A stretch of 64,000 nt of DNA, from the NCBI GenBank assembly GCA_963666505.2, contig CAXXXL010000005.1:15566-79565 (forward strand), written 5' to 3'. This DNA is from Christensenellaceae bacterium. Lineage in GTDB: Bacteria; Bacillota; Clostridia; Christensenellales; SZUA-584. Positions 20,543 to 30,472 of the stretch are shown here, piece by piece. Made by a program: the position numbers and the translations under genes. Within the stretch, counting starts at the first letter, position 1. Each line of letters begins with the position of its first letter. The notes under the pieces were generated by a model. The model saw only the letters and a list, made by a program, of their open reading frames with translations. It had not been told where the DNA came from and did not search any database.

Positions 20543-21580
20543 ATGAAAAAAAAGTTAACAATTGGACTTTTGTGTCTTGTGGTGCTAATCTCGTTTTTTA
20601 CAGGCTGTACTAAAACAGATGAACCTGTTCAGAATGAAAACCAGGAGGACAATACTGTAACAGATGCAGAGGAAGCTGAAACGACTGCTGATGAAGCTAC
20701 AGGAGAAAGTGTGACTGAGAGCAAAGAAATAGCATTTATACCGCCTACGATGGGAAATCCGTTCTATACGAACACTGTAAAGGGAGCGGAAGCAGCATGT
20801 GAAGAGCTTGGGTATGAACTTTTGGTACAGGCGCCGTCGTCAGACCAAGATGCTAATGCTCAGGTTGCGATTGTGGAGAACATGATACTAAAAGGCGTTG
20901 CAGGTATTGCTGTATGCGCACTGGACTCAGCCGCTATCGTACCTGCTATTGAAAAAGCCAACAAAGCGGGGATACCGGTTGTTGTGTTCAATACACTGAC
21001 AGACCTTGACGGCGGGGATGTGTATTCTTATGTCGGATATGATGAAGCTGCCGGAGCTGCTATGATAGCGGATTGGGTTGCTGAAAACGGCCAAGATCCG
21101 ATCAATGTGCTTATGCTGCTAGGCTTACCCGGGTTCCACGCGACATTAAGAGAAGACGGCTTTGTGAACCGGGTGGAAGCAATGTATACAGATAGAATAA
21201 ACATCGTTGCTCGTGAGGTGGCTGACTGGAATACCGAAAAAGGGTTAAACGTAACACAAAACCAGCTGCAGACTTTCCCGGAGATTAATGTGATTTACGG
21301 GGCGAACGACGACTGCGCTCTTGGGGGAGCGCAGGCGGCAACACAGGCAGGAAGGACGGATGTATTGAGCATCGGTATAGACGGTAATCCGTCTACGATG
21401 GAAGCAATTGAACGGGGCGATTTATCTGCTACGTTGTATGTGAATCCGTATGGTATCGGATTCGGAGCGATAGGAGCGCTTGATGATGCAATAAACGATA
21501 TACAAAAACCTGAGAACAATAAGATCGCAGTTGATATTGCTGTGGTAGATATCAAAACAGTAGCTGACTATTTAGAATAG
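20543..21580 (+). CDS. sugar ABC transporter substrate-binding lipoprotein
   Basis: AGGAGG RBS, lipobox LISFFTGC, acidic linker and type-1 binding-protein fold. Confidence 0.9.
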   Translation: MKKKLTIGLLCLVVLISFFTGCTKTDEPVQNENQEDNTVTDAEEAETTADEATGESVTESKEIAFIPPTMGNPFYTNTVKGAEAACEELGYELLVQAPSSDQDANAQVAIVENMILKGVAGIAVCALDSAAIVPAIEKANKAGIPVVVFNTLTDLDGGDVYSYVGYDEAAGAAMIADWVAENGQDPINVLMLLGLPGFHATLREDGFVNRVEAMYTDRINIVAREVADWNTEKGLNVTQNQLQTFPEINVIYGANDDCALGGAQAATQAGRTDVLSIGIDGNPSTMEAIERGDLSATLYVNPYGIGFGAIGALDDAINDIQKPENNKIAVDIAVVDIKTVADYLE

Positions 21581-21672
21581 GATTACACAAGAAACTAAGC
21601 TATAAAAAAGTTTAAAGCTTTTCGGGGGAGTTTTCCTCGAAAAGCTTTATGCCGATTGAAAGGGGCCATCCG

Positions 21673-23187
21673 ATGGCTGAAACAGTCCTAGAAATGAGAT
21701 CTATAACAAAAAGATTCCCCGGTGTTTTAGCACTGGACAATGTATCTTTGGAAGTGAAAAAAGGCGAAGTACACATTCTTCTTGGAGAGAATGGTGCTGG
21801 CAAATCTACCCTGGTAAAAGTGCTTGCAGGAATAAATGCAAAAGATGATGGGGAAATCGTTTTAAAGGGCAGGAAGATTGAGATAACGTCTCCAAAACAC
21901 GCGCAGAACCTTGGTATTAGCATGATACATCAGGAGTTAAACCTTGTACAGACAATGTGCGTTGCGGAAAATATATATCTTGGGAGGGAACCGGTAACGG
22001 TAAAACCGATAGGCAAAATAGGCTGGAAACAGATGCATAAGGCTGCAAAAAAAATATTAGATGAGCTTCATATAGATATAAACACTAAAACGATTTTAAA
22101 AGACTTGGGTATCGCACAGCAGCAGATGGTTGAGCTTGCAAAAGCGCTTTCGTTTGAAACTGATATAATTATTATGGACGAACCTACATCTGTATTAACA
22201 AACAAAGAAATTACAACCATGTTCGAGGTAATTAAAAAAGTTACAAGTAAAGGAGTATCAATAATATACATTTCCCACAGACTGGAAGAGTTTAGGGAAA
22301 TCGGCGACAGGGTAACTGTCTTGCGTGACGGCAGGAAGATAAATACACTTGATATAAAAAAAACGAGTACAAAAGAACTGATACGCTTGATGGTGGGCAG
22401 AGAATTAAAAGAGATGTTTCCGAAAATGAAGATTCCTATCGGTGAAGAGGTTTTAAGAGTTGAAAATTTGAATAGAACTGGTGTTATCAGAGATATCAAC
22501 TTCAGCTTGAGACGTGGCGAGATATTGGGCGTCGCTGGTTTGGTAGGAAGCGGCAGAACCGAGTTAGCACGTGCAATCTTTGGTGCAGATACGGTTGACA
22601 GCGGCTCAATTTACATAAACAACCGGAAAGCTAAAATTAAACATCCAAGGGATGCAATCGCAGCAGGGGTAGGTTTTGTTACTGAAGACAGAAAAAAACA
22701 GGGCCTTATACTATCAATGAGTGTTATAAAAAATGTATCTCTGGCAAAACTAAAATCATTTATCAAGCTTGGGAAAATCAATCTTTCCATAGAAGAAAAA
22801 ACTACCGGCGAATATATTGCAAAGCTTAGAATAAAAGCGCCAAGTTCGAAAGCGGTTGTGAGAAACCTGAGCGGGGGAAATCAGCAAAAGGTTGTGTTAG
22901 CGAAATGGCTCTTAACAGAATCAAAGATATTTATATTTGATGAGCCGACACGGGGTATTGATGTCGGGGCGAAGGTCGAGGTATATAATCTTATGAATAC
23001 ATTGCTGCAAAACGGTGCTTCGATAATTATGATATCTTCGGAACTGCCGGAGATAATGGGAATGAGCGACAGGGTGATGGTTATGTGCAGGGGTGAAGTG
23101 CGGACGGTTATAGATATTGATGCTGCTGATCAGGAGAAAATACTGTATTTTGCAACCGGAGGAGGAAAATACGATGCAAAACACTGA
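21673..23187 (+). CDS. sugar ABC transporter ATP-binding protein (duplicated NBD)
   Basis: GENGAGKST, LSGGNQQK, IMDEPT / IFDEPT. ATG at 21673 (MAETVLEMRSITKRF) preferred over the track start. Confidence 0.95.
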   Translation: MAETVLEMRSITKRFPGVLALDNVSLEVKKGEVHILLGENGAGKSTLVKVLAGINAKDDGEIVLKGRKIEITSPKHAQNLGISMIHQELNLVQTMCVAENIYLGREPVTVKPIGKIGWKQMHKAAKKILDELHIDINTKTILKDLGIAQQQMVELAKALSFETDIIIMDEPTSVLTNKEITTMFEVIKKVTSKGVSIIYISHRLEEFREIGDRVTVLRDGRKINTLDIKKTSTKELIRLMVGRELKEMFPKMKIPIGEEVLRVENLNRTGVIRDINFSLRRGEILGVAGLVGSGRTELARAIFGADTVDSGSIYINNRKAKIKHPRDAIAAGVGFVTEDRKKQGLILSMSVIKNVSLAKLKSFIKLGKINLSIEEKTTGEYIAKLRIKAPSSKAVVRNLSGGNQQKVVLAKWLLTESKIFIFDEPTRGIDVGAKVEVYNLMNTLLQNGASIIMISSELPEIMGMSDRVMVMCRGEVRTVIDIDAADQEKILYFATGGGKYDAKH

Positions 23188-24163
23188 AGGTGTAAAGCAG
23201 GGCAAAAACAGAGTAAAAAAAATTAGAGGCATGATGAATCAACTTCAAGCTTTTTTGGCATTGATTATATTGTGCGTCATACTTTCGATACTATCTGATA
23301 ATTTTCTGACAATACCGAATTTGATAAACGTATTGATGCAAAACACTATTATCTGCATAATAGCGATGGGGATGACTTTCGTAATACTGATGGGCGGCAT
23401 CGACCTGTCCGTAGGGTCAAATGTTGCAGTAGCCGGGCTTATACTCGCGGTGTTGATGAAAGACATGGATTTTCCGATTCCCCTTGCAATTTTGATAACA
23501 ATATTAATAAGCGGCATCATTGGGCTTATCAACGGGGGGCTGATAACAGGGTTTAACCTTCCGCCGTTTATTGTCACTCTGGGGACTATGTCGGCGGGCA
23601 GAGGTCTGGCACATACATTAACAGGAGGGGCAATAGTCAACGGATTCGACGAAAGCTTCAAAGCATTGGCAGGCAATTTTCTTGGCATACCGATACCCGT
23701 AATTATTATGTTTATTATTTTCCTTATACTTTGGTATATGTTAAAATATACTAAACTGGGGAGGTATTCATACGCTATCGGCGGGAACGAGACGACTTGT
23801 GTTCTTTCTGGTATCAATGTGAAGAAATATAAACTTATTGTTTATGTGCTGCTTGGATTATTGTGCGGTGTTGCGGCAGTCATTCTCGATGCGCGGCTTG
23901 ATTCTGCATTGTCAACAAATGCTACCGGTTATGAGTTAACAGCTATAGCAGCTGTAGTAATCGGCGGCACAAGTATGTCCGGCGGCGAGGGTACTCTGGT
24001 TGGCACATTAATTGGTACGTATATAATGGGTGTTGTCAACAACGGATTATCACTTCTGATTGTTCCGTCTGGCATACAGCAGATGTTCCTCGGAGGGATC
24101 ATAGTACTTGCTGTATGTATAGATACATTGAGGAAAAGACAAGGTAAGAAAGCAAAGGCGTGA
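23174..24163 (+). CDS. sugar ABC transporter permease (RbsC family)
   Basis: Polytopic, with motif VIGGTSMSGGEGTLVG. The ATG at 23174 follows GGAGGA and overlaps the end of the ATPase gene. Confidence 0.9.
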   Translation: MQNTEGVKQGKNRVKKIRGMMNQLQAFLALIILCVILSILSDNFLTIPNLINVLMQNTIICIIAMGMTFVILMGGIDLSVGSNVAVAGLILAVLMKDMDFPIPLAILITILISGIIGLINGGLITGFNLPPFIVTLGTMSAGRGLAHTLTGGAIVNGFDESFKALAGNFLGIPIPVIIMFIIFLILWYMLKYTKLGRYSYAIGGNETTCVLSGINVKKYKLIVYVLLGLLCGVAAVILDARLDSALSTNATGYELTAIAAVVIGGTSMSGGEGTLVGTLIGTYIMGVVNNGLSLLIVPSGIQQMFLGGIIVLAVCIDTLRKRQGKKAKA

Positions 24164-24190
24164 GCTGAATATAAAAACAGGAGATAGTTT

Positions 24191-25006
24191 ATGAGACTTA
24201 AAGACAAAGTTTGTGTAGTGACAGGATGCGGGGCAGGAATTGGCAAAGAGATTGCTTTAAGGTTTGCACAGGAAGGCGGCAAAGTTGTGTGCTCTTCTAG
24301 AAGGGCGCTCACAGGCAAGCCGGTCAGCAAACAAATAAACGATGCAGGCGGCAGTTCGATTTTCGTCGAATGCGACGTTTCGATTGAAAAGCATGTAGAC
24401 AGGCTGTTTGCTGAGGTTGCAGAGGCATACGGAAAAGTAGACGTTCTTGTAAACAATGCAGGCGTGAATTATGATAAACCGTTCCTTGACACAACGCTTG
24501 AAGATTTCGACAGGGTCATAAACGTAGATTTGCGGGGAACTTTTATGTGTACTCAGAGAGCTATCAAACTTATGACTGAGATGAGGCAGGGCGGCAGTGT
24601 AATAAACATTACGTCTGTTCATACTCTGCAGTGTATGCCGGGAGCAGCTCCGTATGATGCGGCAAAGTGGGCAGTAGTAGGCATGACTAAATCACTGGCG
24701 GTGGAATTTGCGCCCAAAGGAATAAGAGTAAATGCGCTCTCGCCAGGGCTTATCGCAACGCAGATATGGGACGATATAATGGATGCTGCGCCAGACAAAG
24801 ATGAATGCGCAGAGTACTGGAACAGCAATATACCGGCCGGACGACCGGGAACGGCAAGAGAAGTGGCTGACGCTGCGTTGTTTCTTGCAAGTGACGAGGC
24901 AAAGTATTTCAACGGCGCAAATATCCTTATCGATGGCGGCATGACCAGCCAGCTCGTCAGCACACCTTCATATGAGTCTTCGGCTATAGAAGGCGGCAAG
25001 AGGTAG
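24191..25006 (+). CDS. SDR-family oxidoreductase
   Basis: TGxxxGIG dinucleotide motif (VTGCGAGIGKE), NNAG, and catalytic YxxxK (YDAAK). Confidence 0.9.
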   Translation: MRLKDKVCVVTGCGAGIGKEIALRFAQEGGKVVCSSRRALTGKPVSKQINDAGGSSIFVECDVSIEKHVDRLFAEVAEAYGKVDVLVNNAGVNYDKPFLDTTLEDFDRVINVDLRGTFMCTQRAIKLMTEMRQGGSVINITSVHTLQCMPGAAPYDAAKWAVVGMTKSLAVEFAPKGIRVNALSPGLIATQIWDDIMDAAPDKDECAEYWNSNIPAGRPGTAREVADAALFLASDEAKYFNGANILIDGGMTSQLVSTPSYESSAIEGGKR

Positions 25007-25012
25007 ACTGCT

Positions 25013-25885
25013 ATGAGCAAAGCTCGACTTGTACTAGATGCGAAAGCAAAGCACGGCGAAAGTCCTTTTTGGGACTCGAAAAAGAAAATATTATACTGGC
25101 TGGATATTTTAAGCAGAAAGGTGCATACATACGACACAGAAGCGGGTGTTGACAGTGTATACAATCTTGATATTCTTCCAACTTCGCTGATAGCAAAAAG
25201 CGATGGCGGGTTTGCAGTGACAAGCGAAGACGGTATATACATGTTTGATGAAGAGTTTTTATCCAAGAGGTTTTTTCTCCCACTGGAAGCGGACAATGAG
25301 AGCACGAGATTTAACGATGCAAAAGCAGATCCGCAAGGGCGTCTTTGGGCGGGTACTATGAACGCCGGCGGTGAGCCGGGCGGCGGATCGTTATATCGTA
25401 TCGACGATGACCGCTCATATAAAGAAGTGCTTTCACCTGTAGATATATCCAACGGCATAGTATGGTCAAACGACAGCAAGATGTATTATACAGACTCGCT
25501 TTCGGGAGAGATACAAAAATTTGATTACGACCCGAAGACCGGTGAAATAACCAACGCAAAGGTTGAGTATAAGTTTGACAGTTCGATTCCTGACGGGATG
25601 GCTATAGACAGTGAAAACAACCTATGGATTGCACTTTGGGGCGAAGGAAAAGTAGTTTGCGTTGATACTAAACGTCATATTGTTACTGAAACTATAAGTG
25701 TTGATGCTAAGCTGACAAGCGCTGTAGCTTTCGGCGGAGAAAACCTGAAAACACTATATGTTACGACATCAAGACTTGGTATGTCAGAAGCAGACATCGG
25801 GAAAGATCCTTTAGCAGGAGGGTTATTCAGGTTTGAGACTGAAGTAAAAGGAACTCTGTTTCACGAATTCATAGAAAAGAGCTAG
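25013..25885 (+). CDS. SMP-30/gluconolactonase/LRE-family lactonase
   Basis: 290 aa with beta-propeller-type repeats and the conserved ...GESPFWD..., NDAKADPQGRLWAGTM and PDGMAIDSENNLWIALWG segments. Confidence 0.85.
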   Translation: MSKARLVLDAKAKHGESPFWDSKKKILYWLDILSRKVHTYDTEAGVDSVYNLDILPTSLIAKSDGGFAVTSEDGIYMFDEEFLSKRFFLPLEADNESTRFNDAKADPQGRLWAGTMNAGGEPGGGSLYRIDDDRSYKEVLSPVDISNGIVWSNDSKMYYTDSLSGEIQKFDYDPKTGEITNAKVEYKFDSSIPDGMAIDSENNLWIALWGEGKVVCVDTKRHIVTETISVDAKLTSAVAFGGENLKTLYVTTSRLGMSEADIGKDPLAGGLFRFETEVKGTLFHEFIEKS

Positions 25886-25889
25886 AATA

Positions 25890-26918
25890 ATGAAAGCATT
25901 AGTAAAGACAAAACCCGGTAAAGGGAATATTGAATTAATGGATATGCCAAAACCTTTGCCAAAGGCGAATGAAGTTCTGATTAAGGTCAAATCGTGCGGT
26001 ATATGCGGTACAGACTTAAAGATTCAGGACGGTGACTTTTTCGCAGACACACCGGTTATAATAGGACATGAATTCTCTGGTATCGTGGAAGAAGTCGGAG
26101 AAGATGTTACATGTGCGCAGCCGGGTGACAGGGTGGCGTGTGAGCAGCACTCCAAAGCCTGCGGCAAGTGCAAGTTCTGTCTTTCGGGCAGGCGTCATCT
26201 GTGTGCGCATAAACGTTCTCCGGGATATCTTTCAAACGGAGCATTTGCAGAATACATCTGCATGGAAGAGGGCTTGGTGCATAAGATACCGGAAAATATG
26301 TCTTTTAAAAAAGCGGCAGTGCTGGAACCGATGGCGATTGCGGCCCATGCCTTGTTCGAAAAAATAGGTATCGGCGGCGGACTTAATACGGTTATACTCG
26401 GCTGCGGACCGATTGCCCTACTTACGATTCAGATATTAAAGGCATGTGGGACGGCAAAGGTATACATGACCGGAATAGACGCAGACGCAGACTATAGATT
26501 CAAAAAGGCACTGGAATACGGAGCTGCAGAGACAATAAACGTTATGAGAACCGATGCCGTACAAATGGTAAGGGAACTGACGAACGGCGGAGCAGAGCTT
26601 GTTATTGACTTGTCCGGTGCGCCTTCGGCCATAAGACAGGGGATAGATATGCTGTGTAGGGACGGCAAGTTCTGTGCTATAGGACTTCCTCATGCCAATG
26701 TCGAAATAGACTGGGCGGCAACAGTACTCAAAGCAATAAATATATTTTTTAGCTACAGTTCGGGATTCGCAACCTGGGAGAAGTGTATAGAACTCATAAG
26801 CAGCGGTAAGGTAAATCTTGATGATTTCACCAAAGACGTTTATGCACTTGAGGACTGGGAGAAAGCTTTTGATAAAGCTAGAAGCGGCAATGCTATGAAG
26901 GTGATCATTGATATTTAA
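25890..26918 (+). CDS. zinc-dependent alcohol/polyol dehydrogenase (MDR family)
   Basis: CGICGTDL, GHEFSG, structural-zinc Cys cluster (CGKCKFCLSGRRHLC) and GxGxxA Rossmann motif (GCGPIAL). Confidence 0.9.
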   Translation: MKALVKTKPGKGNIELMDMPKPLPKANEVLIKVKSCGICGTDLKIQDGDFFADTPVIIGHEFSGIVEEVGEDVTCAQPGDRVACEQHSKACGKCKFCLSGRRHLCAHKRSPGYLSNGAFAEYICMEEGLVHKIPENMSFKKAAVLEPMAIAAHALFEKIGIGGGLNTVILGCGPIALLTIQILKACGTAKVYMTGIDADADYRFKKALEYGAAETINVMRTDAVQMVRELTNGGAELVIDLSGAPSAIRQGIDMLCRDGKFCAIGLPHANVEIDWAATVLKAINIFFSYSSGFATWEKCIELISSGKVNLDDFTKDVYALEDWEKAFDKARSGNAMKVIIDI

Positions 26919-27121
26919 AATAGTTACTAGGCTTGAATACCGCGAAGATTTCTGCACGCTAAAAGTGTTTTATAAAAACTAGTACAAATAGAGTAAAAAA
27001 ATTAAATCTTGTTAGGGGTCAGATAAGGGGTCAACTTCAAGGAGAAAAATCAAAAAACCCCGGTTTAAGAGGGCACTGAAAAATCACTGTTTCCAGACGG
27101 GCCAGTGATTTTTTCGTATAT

Positions 27122-28594
27122 TTATGCGTAACAGAAAAGATATGAATTATAAAAATCTCCGTACTTTTCATGATAAGCCGGATGGGTTGGGCCCAAAAGC
27201 TCATCTTTACCCATCAATTTAATGATTCTCTTGATATTCACTGCAAAAGCTGTAAAGTAAGCTTGTAATCGCATGGCGGAAAGACCCGTGGATTCAGCTG
27301 TTCTGAGACCGTGAGCCTGTTTAAGTTCTCCGTTCTTCTCCTCAATTCGGTATCGGATTCTTAAACGTTCGTTGAAATATTCGCTCTTCTCAAAATCTAA
27401 ACGTTCCCGGTTCCGTTGACTTGTGATGGTGACACAGTAAGTCTTGGTCTTTGATTGGCCAACTCTACATTTGTCCGCATATGGACACTGTTGACATGTG
27501 TTTCTGTTGAAGTCGTAAATGAAATATTTATTATCGTATTTGCCCTGACGTTTATGCACCTTCTTGGCCAGCTCTCCCGCTGGACATTGCATCAGTCCTG
27601 CATCCTTATTGTATTCAAAACCGTCATTTTTAGGTTCAGCCGCATTTGCGATAACGGGATTGGATTTTGCAATCAGAGTAATTTTCTCCCCGTCACAATA
27701 TTTAATGTTATCTATACTTGAATATGCTGTATCGCCGAGTATTTCCTTGACTTCAATGCCATTGCTTTTTGACTGCTCAAGCAGAGATTTTAGCATATAA
27801 CCGTCGGATACTTCTCCGCTTGTAACGCCTATGCCTGTAATCAAACTCTCTTCTGTCATGGCGATATGATTCTTGTATCCAAAGAAGGTAGATGTGGCGC
27901 TCTTGTGGCCGAATCTGGCATCCTCATCATGCTTTGACTGGATTCCCCGGATACGATCGCTTTCTAACAATTCCTTGATATGGGCGTAGAGCTTTTGGAT
28001 TTTTGGCTGACCACTGCCTAGGATATCTTCGCCAATATTCTCGAGAAGCTGTTGCGTATATTTAATCTCTTCTTCCAAATCTGCTGTTTCCAATGGTTTC
28101 TCTGGGAATTTCACGGACAGATCATACATGCTCTTATATATTTCCTTGCGCAGTTGTTTGCTTAGCCCCCGTAATATCTGAGTAGGTGTGGATGGCCTTG
28201 CGGAAGCTTTGGTATGGGTAGAATCCACGATTATTGCCGTGGATTTGATCAGCCCTTTTTGTATCGCCTGGGTGATCGTCTCTTTAAGCATTTCCTCCAG
28301 TATATCTTCTGTGATCCTCGTTTTACGGAATTTTGTCAGCAGGCTTGAGTCAATCATGCCATCTTCCGGGTCTAAATCCAGAAAGTATTTGTATGCCATA
28401 TTGACTGCCGCATTTTGTATCAATGCCTCATCCGACAAATCATACAGCCTTTTCAAAAATAGCAGTTTGAACATCATCTCCGGCTCCTTTGCCGGACGCC
28501 CGTAGTGTTCACAGTAGCTTTCCCTCAACATCGGGTTTACAAAGCTGAAGTCTATGTTATCTTTGATCTTTCGCAGTAAATGGTTTTTGGGTAC
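27122..28594 (-). pseudogene. IS1182-family DDE transposase, main part (codons 21-510 of the interrupted gene)
   Basis: Begins ...VPKNHLLRKIKDNIDFSF and carries DDE-type motifs (VDSTH, GDTAY, EEKNGELK). The track ORF continuation to 28741 is read-through into the inserted IS. Confidence 0.75.
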
Positions 28595-28601
28595 AATGAT
28601 A

Positions 28602-30100
28602 CGACCTGTTGACAAAATACCCAGGCAGCCCTTTATATGGTATAATAAGCATGACGGAGGGTACTGCATATGATGGGAAAACAAAGCGGACAGCAAGAGA
28701 TGGTCTTTATTGATATGGAATCCATGATACCAGAAAATCATTTACTTAGAAAGATTAACAAGCTGGTTGATTTTAGTTTTATATATGAAATCGCATCTGG
28801 TTATTATGCAAAAAGGGGGCGCCCATCAATTGATCCTGTTTTATTGATAAAGATGCTATTGATTGGGTACTTATACGGGATAAAGTCAGAAAGGCGTCTA
28901 GAGCAAGAAGTCAATTTAAATATCGCATATCGTTGGTTTTGTGGACTCAATTTGTCAGATCGGGTTCCGGATCATAGCACCTTCAGCCAGAACAGGCGAA
29001 GACGGTTTCGTGATAACGGTTTTTTCAAAGCTATCTTTATTGAAATCGTAAAACTGTGTGTGGATAATGGACTGGTGGACGGGCAATGCGTTGTATGTGA
29101 TGGCTCTTTTTTACCATCCGAAGTAGCGGCGCAGAGCGGCATGATTATTGAACAGACAGTTCAGAAAAGTATGCAAAGTTATTTGGACGAACTGGACAAA
29201 GAGCTGGCTATGCAGCCGGGTTATAAAGCAGTACAACCTAGCTCAACAGTCATTTCGAAGCATACGAGTAAAACAGATCCTGAATGTGGGTACATACGTA
29301 AGAGGAAAAAGGCTGGACTAGGGTATCTAGCGGAAACAACTGTTGATTGTAAGCATGGGATTATAACAGGAATGGATGTTTATCCCGCAAACACAAAAGA
29401 GAGCAGTATTGTTCTTAAGCACTTAAAAGATCAAATGGTAAACAGCGAATTTGAGATAAAGCGGCTGGCACTTGATGGCGGTTATGATATGGGTGCAGTA
29501 CATCGTGGATTAGAGCTTCTAGGCATCGAAGGATATATACCAGCTATACCTTATTCAAATGGACCAGAGAAACATGGATTTACATATCAGCCGGGGGACG
29601 ATTGCTTTATCTGTCCACAGGGACACGCTCTTCATTATGATAAGCTTTATTGCGTACGGTCAACTGGAAACTATCTAAGGTGTTATATCTCTTCCAATGA
29701 TGCATGCGACACCTGCCCTCAACGAGATTCTTGCTTAGGTAAAGAAAAGAGGCGTCGAATTATGGCCAGTAGTTTCTATCCTGCATTTTCTAGGGGACAT
29801 AAACGTACAGAATCCCAAACTTATGATTGGATAATGCGGATGCGAGCCATCTGGGCAGAGGGTACGTTTTCAGTATTGAAGAGAGAACATAATCTCCATA
29901 ACATAAGAAAAAGAGGCCTTCTGAGAGCAAAAGAAGAAAGTCTTCTAGCTGCAGTTGCCTTAAATCTTAAAAGGATGGCAAACTCGGTGTTTAATGGCCT
30001 TTCTGAAACATTTAGATATCCTTTCTATAAACTAATTTGCAATTGTTACTCGGTATTTAATGTGTGTGCGGCATGAATTAGTGCTTTTGTCAACAGGTCG
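28602..30100 (+). mobile_element. IS1182-family-like insertion sequence nested in the first IS
   Basis: 16-bp perfect terminal inverted repeats CGACCTGTTGACAAAA (28602-28617) and TTTTGTCAACAGGTCG (30085-30100). Flanked by the 7-bp direct repeat AATGATA (28595-28601 and 30101-30107). Confidence 0.8.
28670..30076 (+). CDS. IS1182-family DDE transposase (intact)
   Basis: 468 aa. N-terminal IPENHLLRKINKLVDFSF motif, catalytic-type motifs VCDGSF, LDGGYD and AEGTFSVLK, and RBS GGAGGG. Confidence 0.9.
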   Translation: MMGKQSGQQEMVFIDMESMIPENHLLRKINKLVDFSFIYEIASGYYAKRGRPSIDPVLLIKMLLIGYLYGIKSERRLEQEVNLNIAYRWFCGLNLSDRVPDHSTFSQNRRRRFRDNGFFKAIFIEIVKLCVDNGLVDGQCVVCDGSFLPSEVAAQSGMIIEQTVQKSMQSYLDELDKELAMQPGYKAVQPSSTVISKHTSKTDPECGYIRKRKKAGLGYLAETTVDCKHGIITGMDVYPANTKESSIVLKHLKDQMVNSEFEIKRLALDGGYDMGAVHRGLELLGIEGYIPAIPYSNGPEKHGFTYQPGDDCFICPQGHALHYDKLYCVRSTGNYLRCYISSNDACDTCPQRDSCLGKEKRRRIMASSFYPAFSRGHKRTESQTYDWIMRMRAIWAEGTFSVLKREHNLHNIRKRGLLRAKEESLLAAVALNLKRMANSVFNGLSETFRYPFYKLICNCYSVFNVCAA

Positions 30101-30160
30101 AATGATATTATACAATCCACGATATAGTGATAGCTTGATCTGAACTTCATTCCTGAGCAT
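30101..30160 (-). pseudogene. first 20 codons of the interrupted IS1182 transposase
   Basis: MLRNEVQIKLSLYRGLYNII, with AAGGA RBS and a TATAAT box upstream on the minus strand. It joins 28594 in frame once the nested IS plus one 7-bp repeat are removed. Confidence 0.7.
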
Positions 30161-30286
30161 TTTATCACATCCTTGCTTCCTGTTTATATGCATAATTATA
30201 CCATAAATATGATAAAAAGTCCTTTCGTTATTCACAATTGGACTTTTTCAGTGCCCTCGTTTAAAGGGGTTTTTTAGCGCTAATTA

Positions 30287-30310
30287 TGGCGGAGAGGGTG
30301 GGATTCGCTC
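30287..30310 (-). other. tRNA 3'-end-like fragment (T-arm half + acceptor + CCA), no full tRNA
   Basis: The minus strand reads GCGAATCCCACCCTCTCCGCCA. This matches the generic ...TTCGAATCC-stem-acceptor-CCA end of a Ser/Leu-type tRNA. Upstream sequence does not fold into a cloverleaf. Confidence 0.35.
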
Positions 30311-30446
30311 CGGGCTGCGCCCTATCACGCCAGGTCGCTAAAAACGTGCACCCCGGCATGTTTTTTAACGCTCCCGTTCGAATCTCTTCAATCACAACTA
30401 AAACAATAAAACAGACATACCCTTCAGGCACGCCTGTTTTATTGTT

Positions 30447-30472
30447 TGGCGGAGAGAGAGACCATCCGAACG
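30447..30472 (-). other. second, more degenerate tRNA-3'-end-like fragment
   Basis: The plus strand starts with the same TGGCGGAGAG decamer as 30287. The minus strand reads ...GTTCGGATGGTCTCTCTCTCCGCCA. Confidence 0.25.

Larger units (their letters stand above)
27052..30276 (-). mobile_element. IS1182-family-like insertion sequence, itself interrupted by a second IS
   Basis: About 32-bp imperfect terminal inverted repeats: 27052-27083 AAAAAACCCCGGTTTAAGAGGGCACTGAAAAA, versus the reverse complement of 30245-30276 AAAAAACCCCTTTAAACGAGGGCACTGAAAAA. About 1.72 kb once the nested element is removed. Confidence 0.7.

Noticed and set aside
27014-27033. AGGGGTCA direct repeat (27014-27021 and 27026-27033) just outside the outer IS, considered as part of the IS end or a target duplication.
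   Set aside because: No counterpart is found at the other end (30277 onward). The true IS boundary may differ by a few bases, but this repeat does not help define it.
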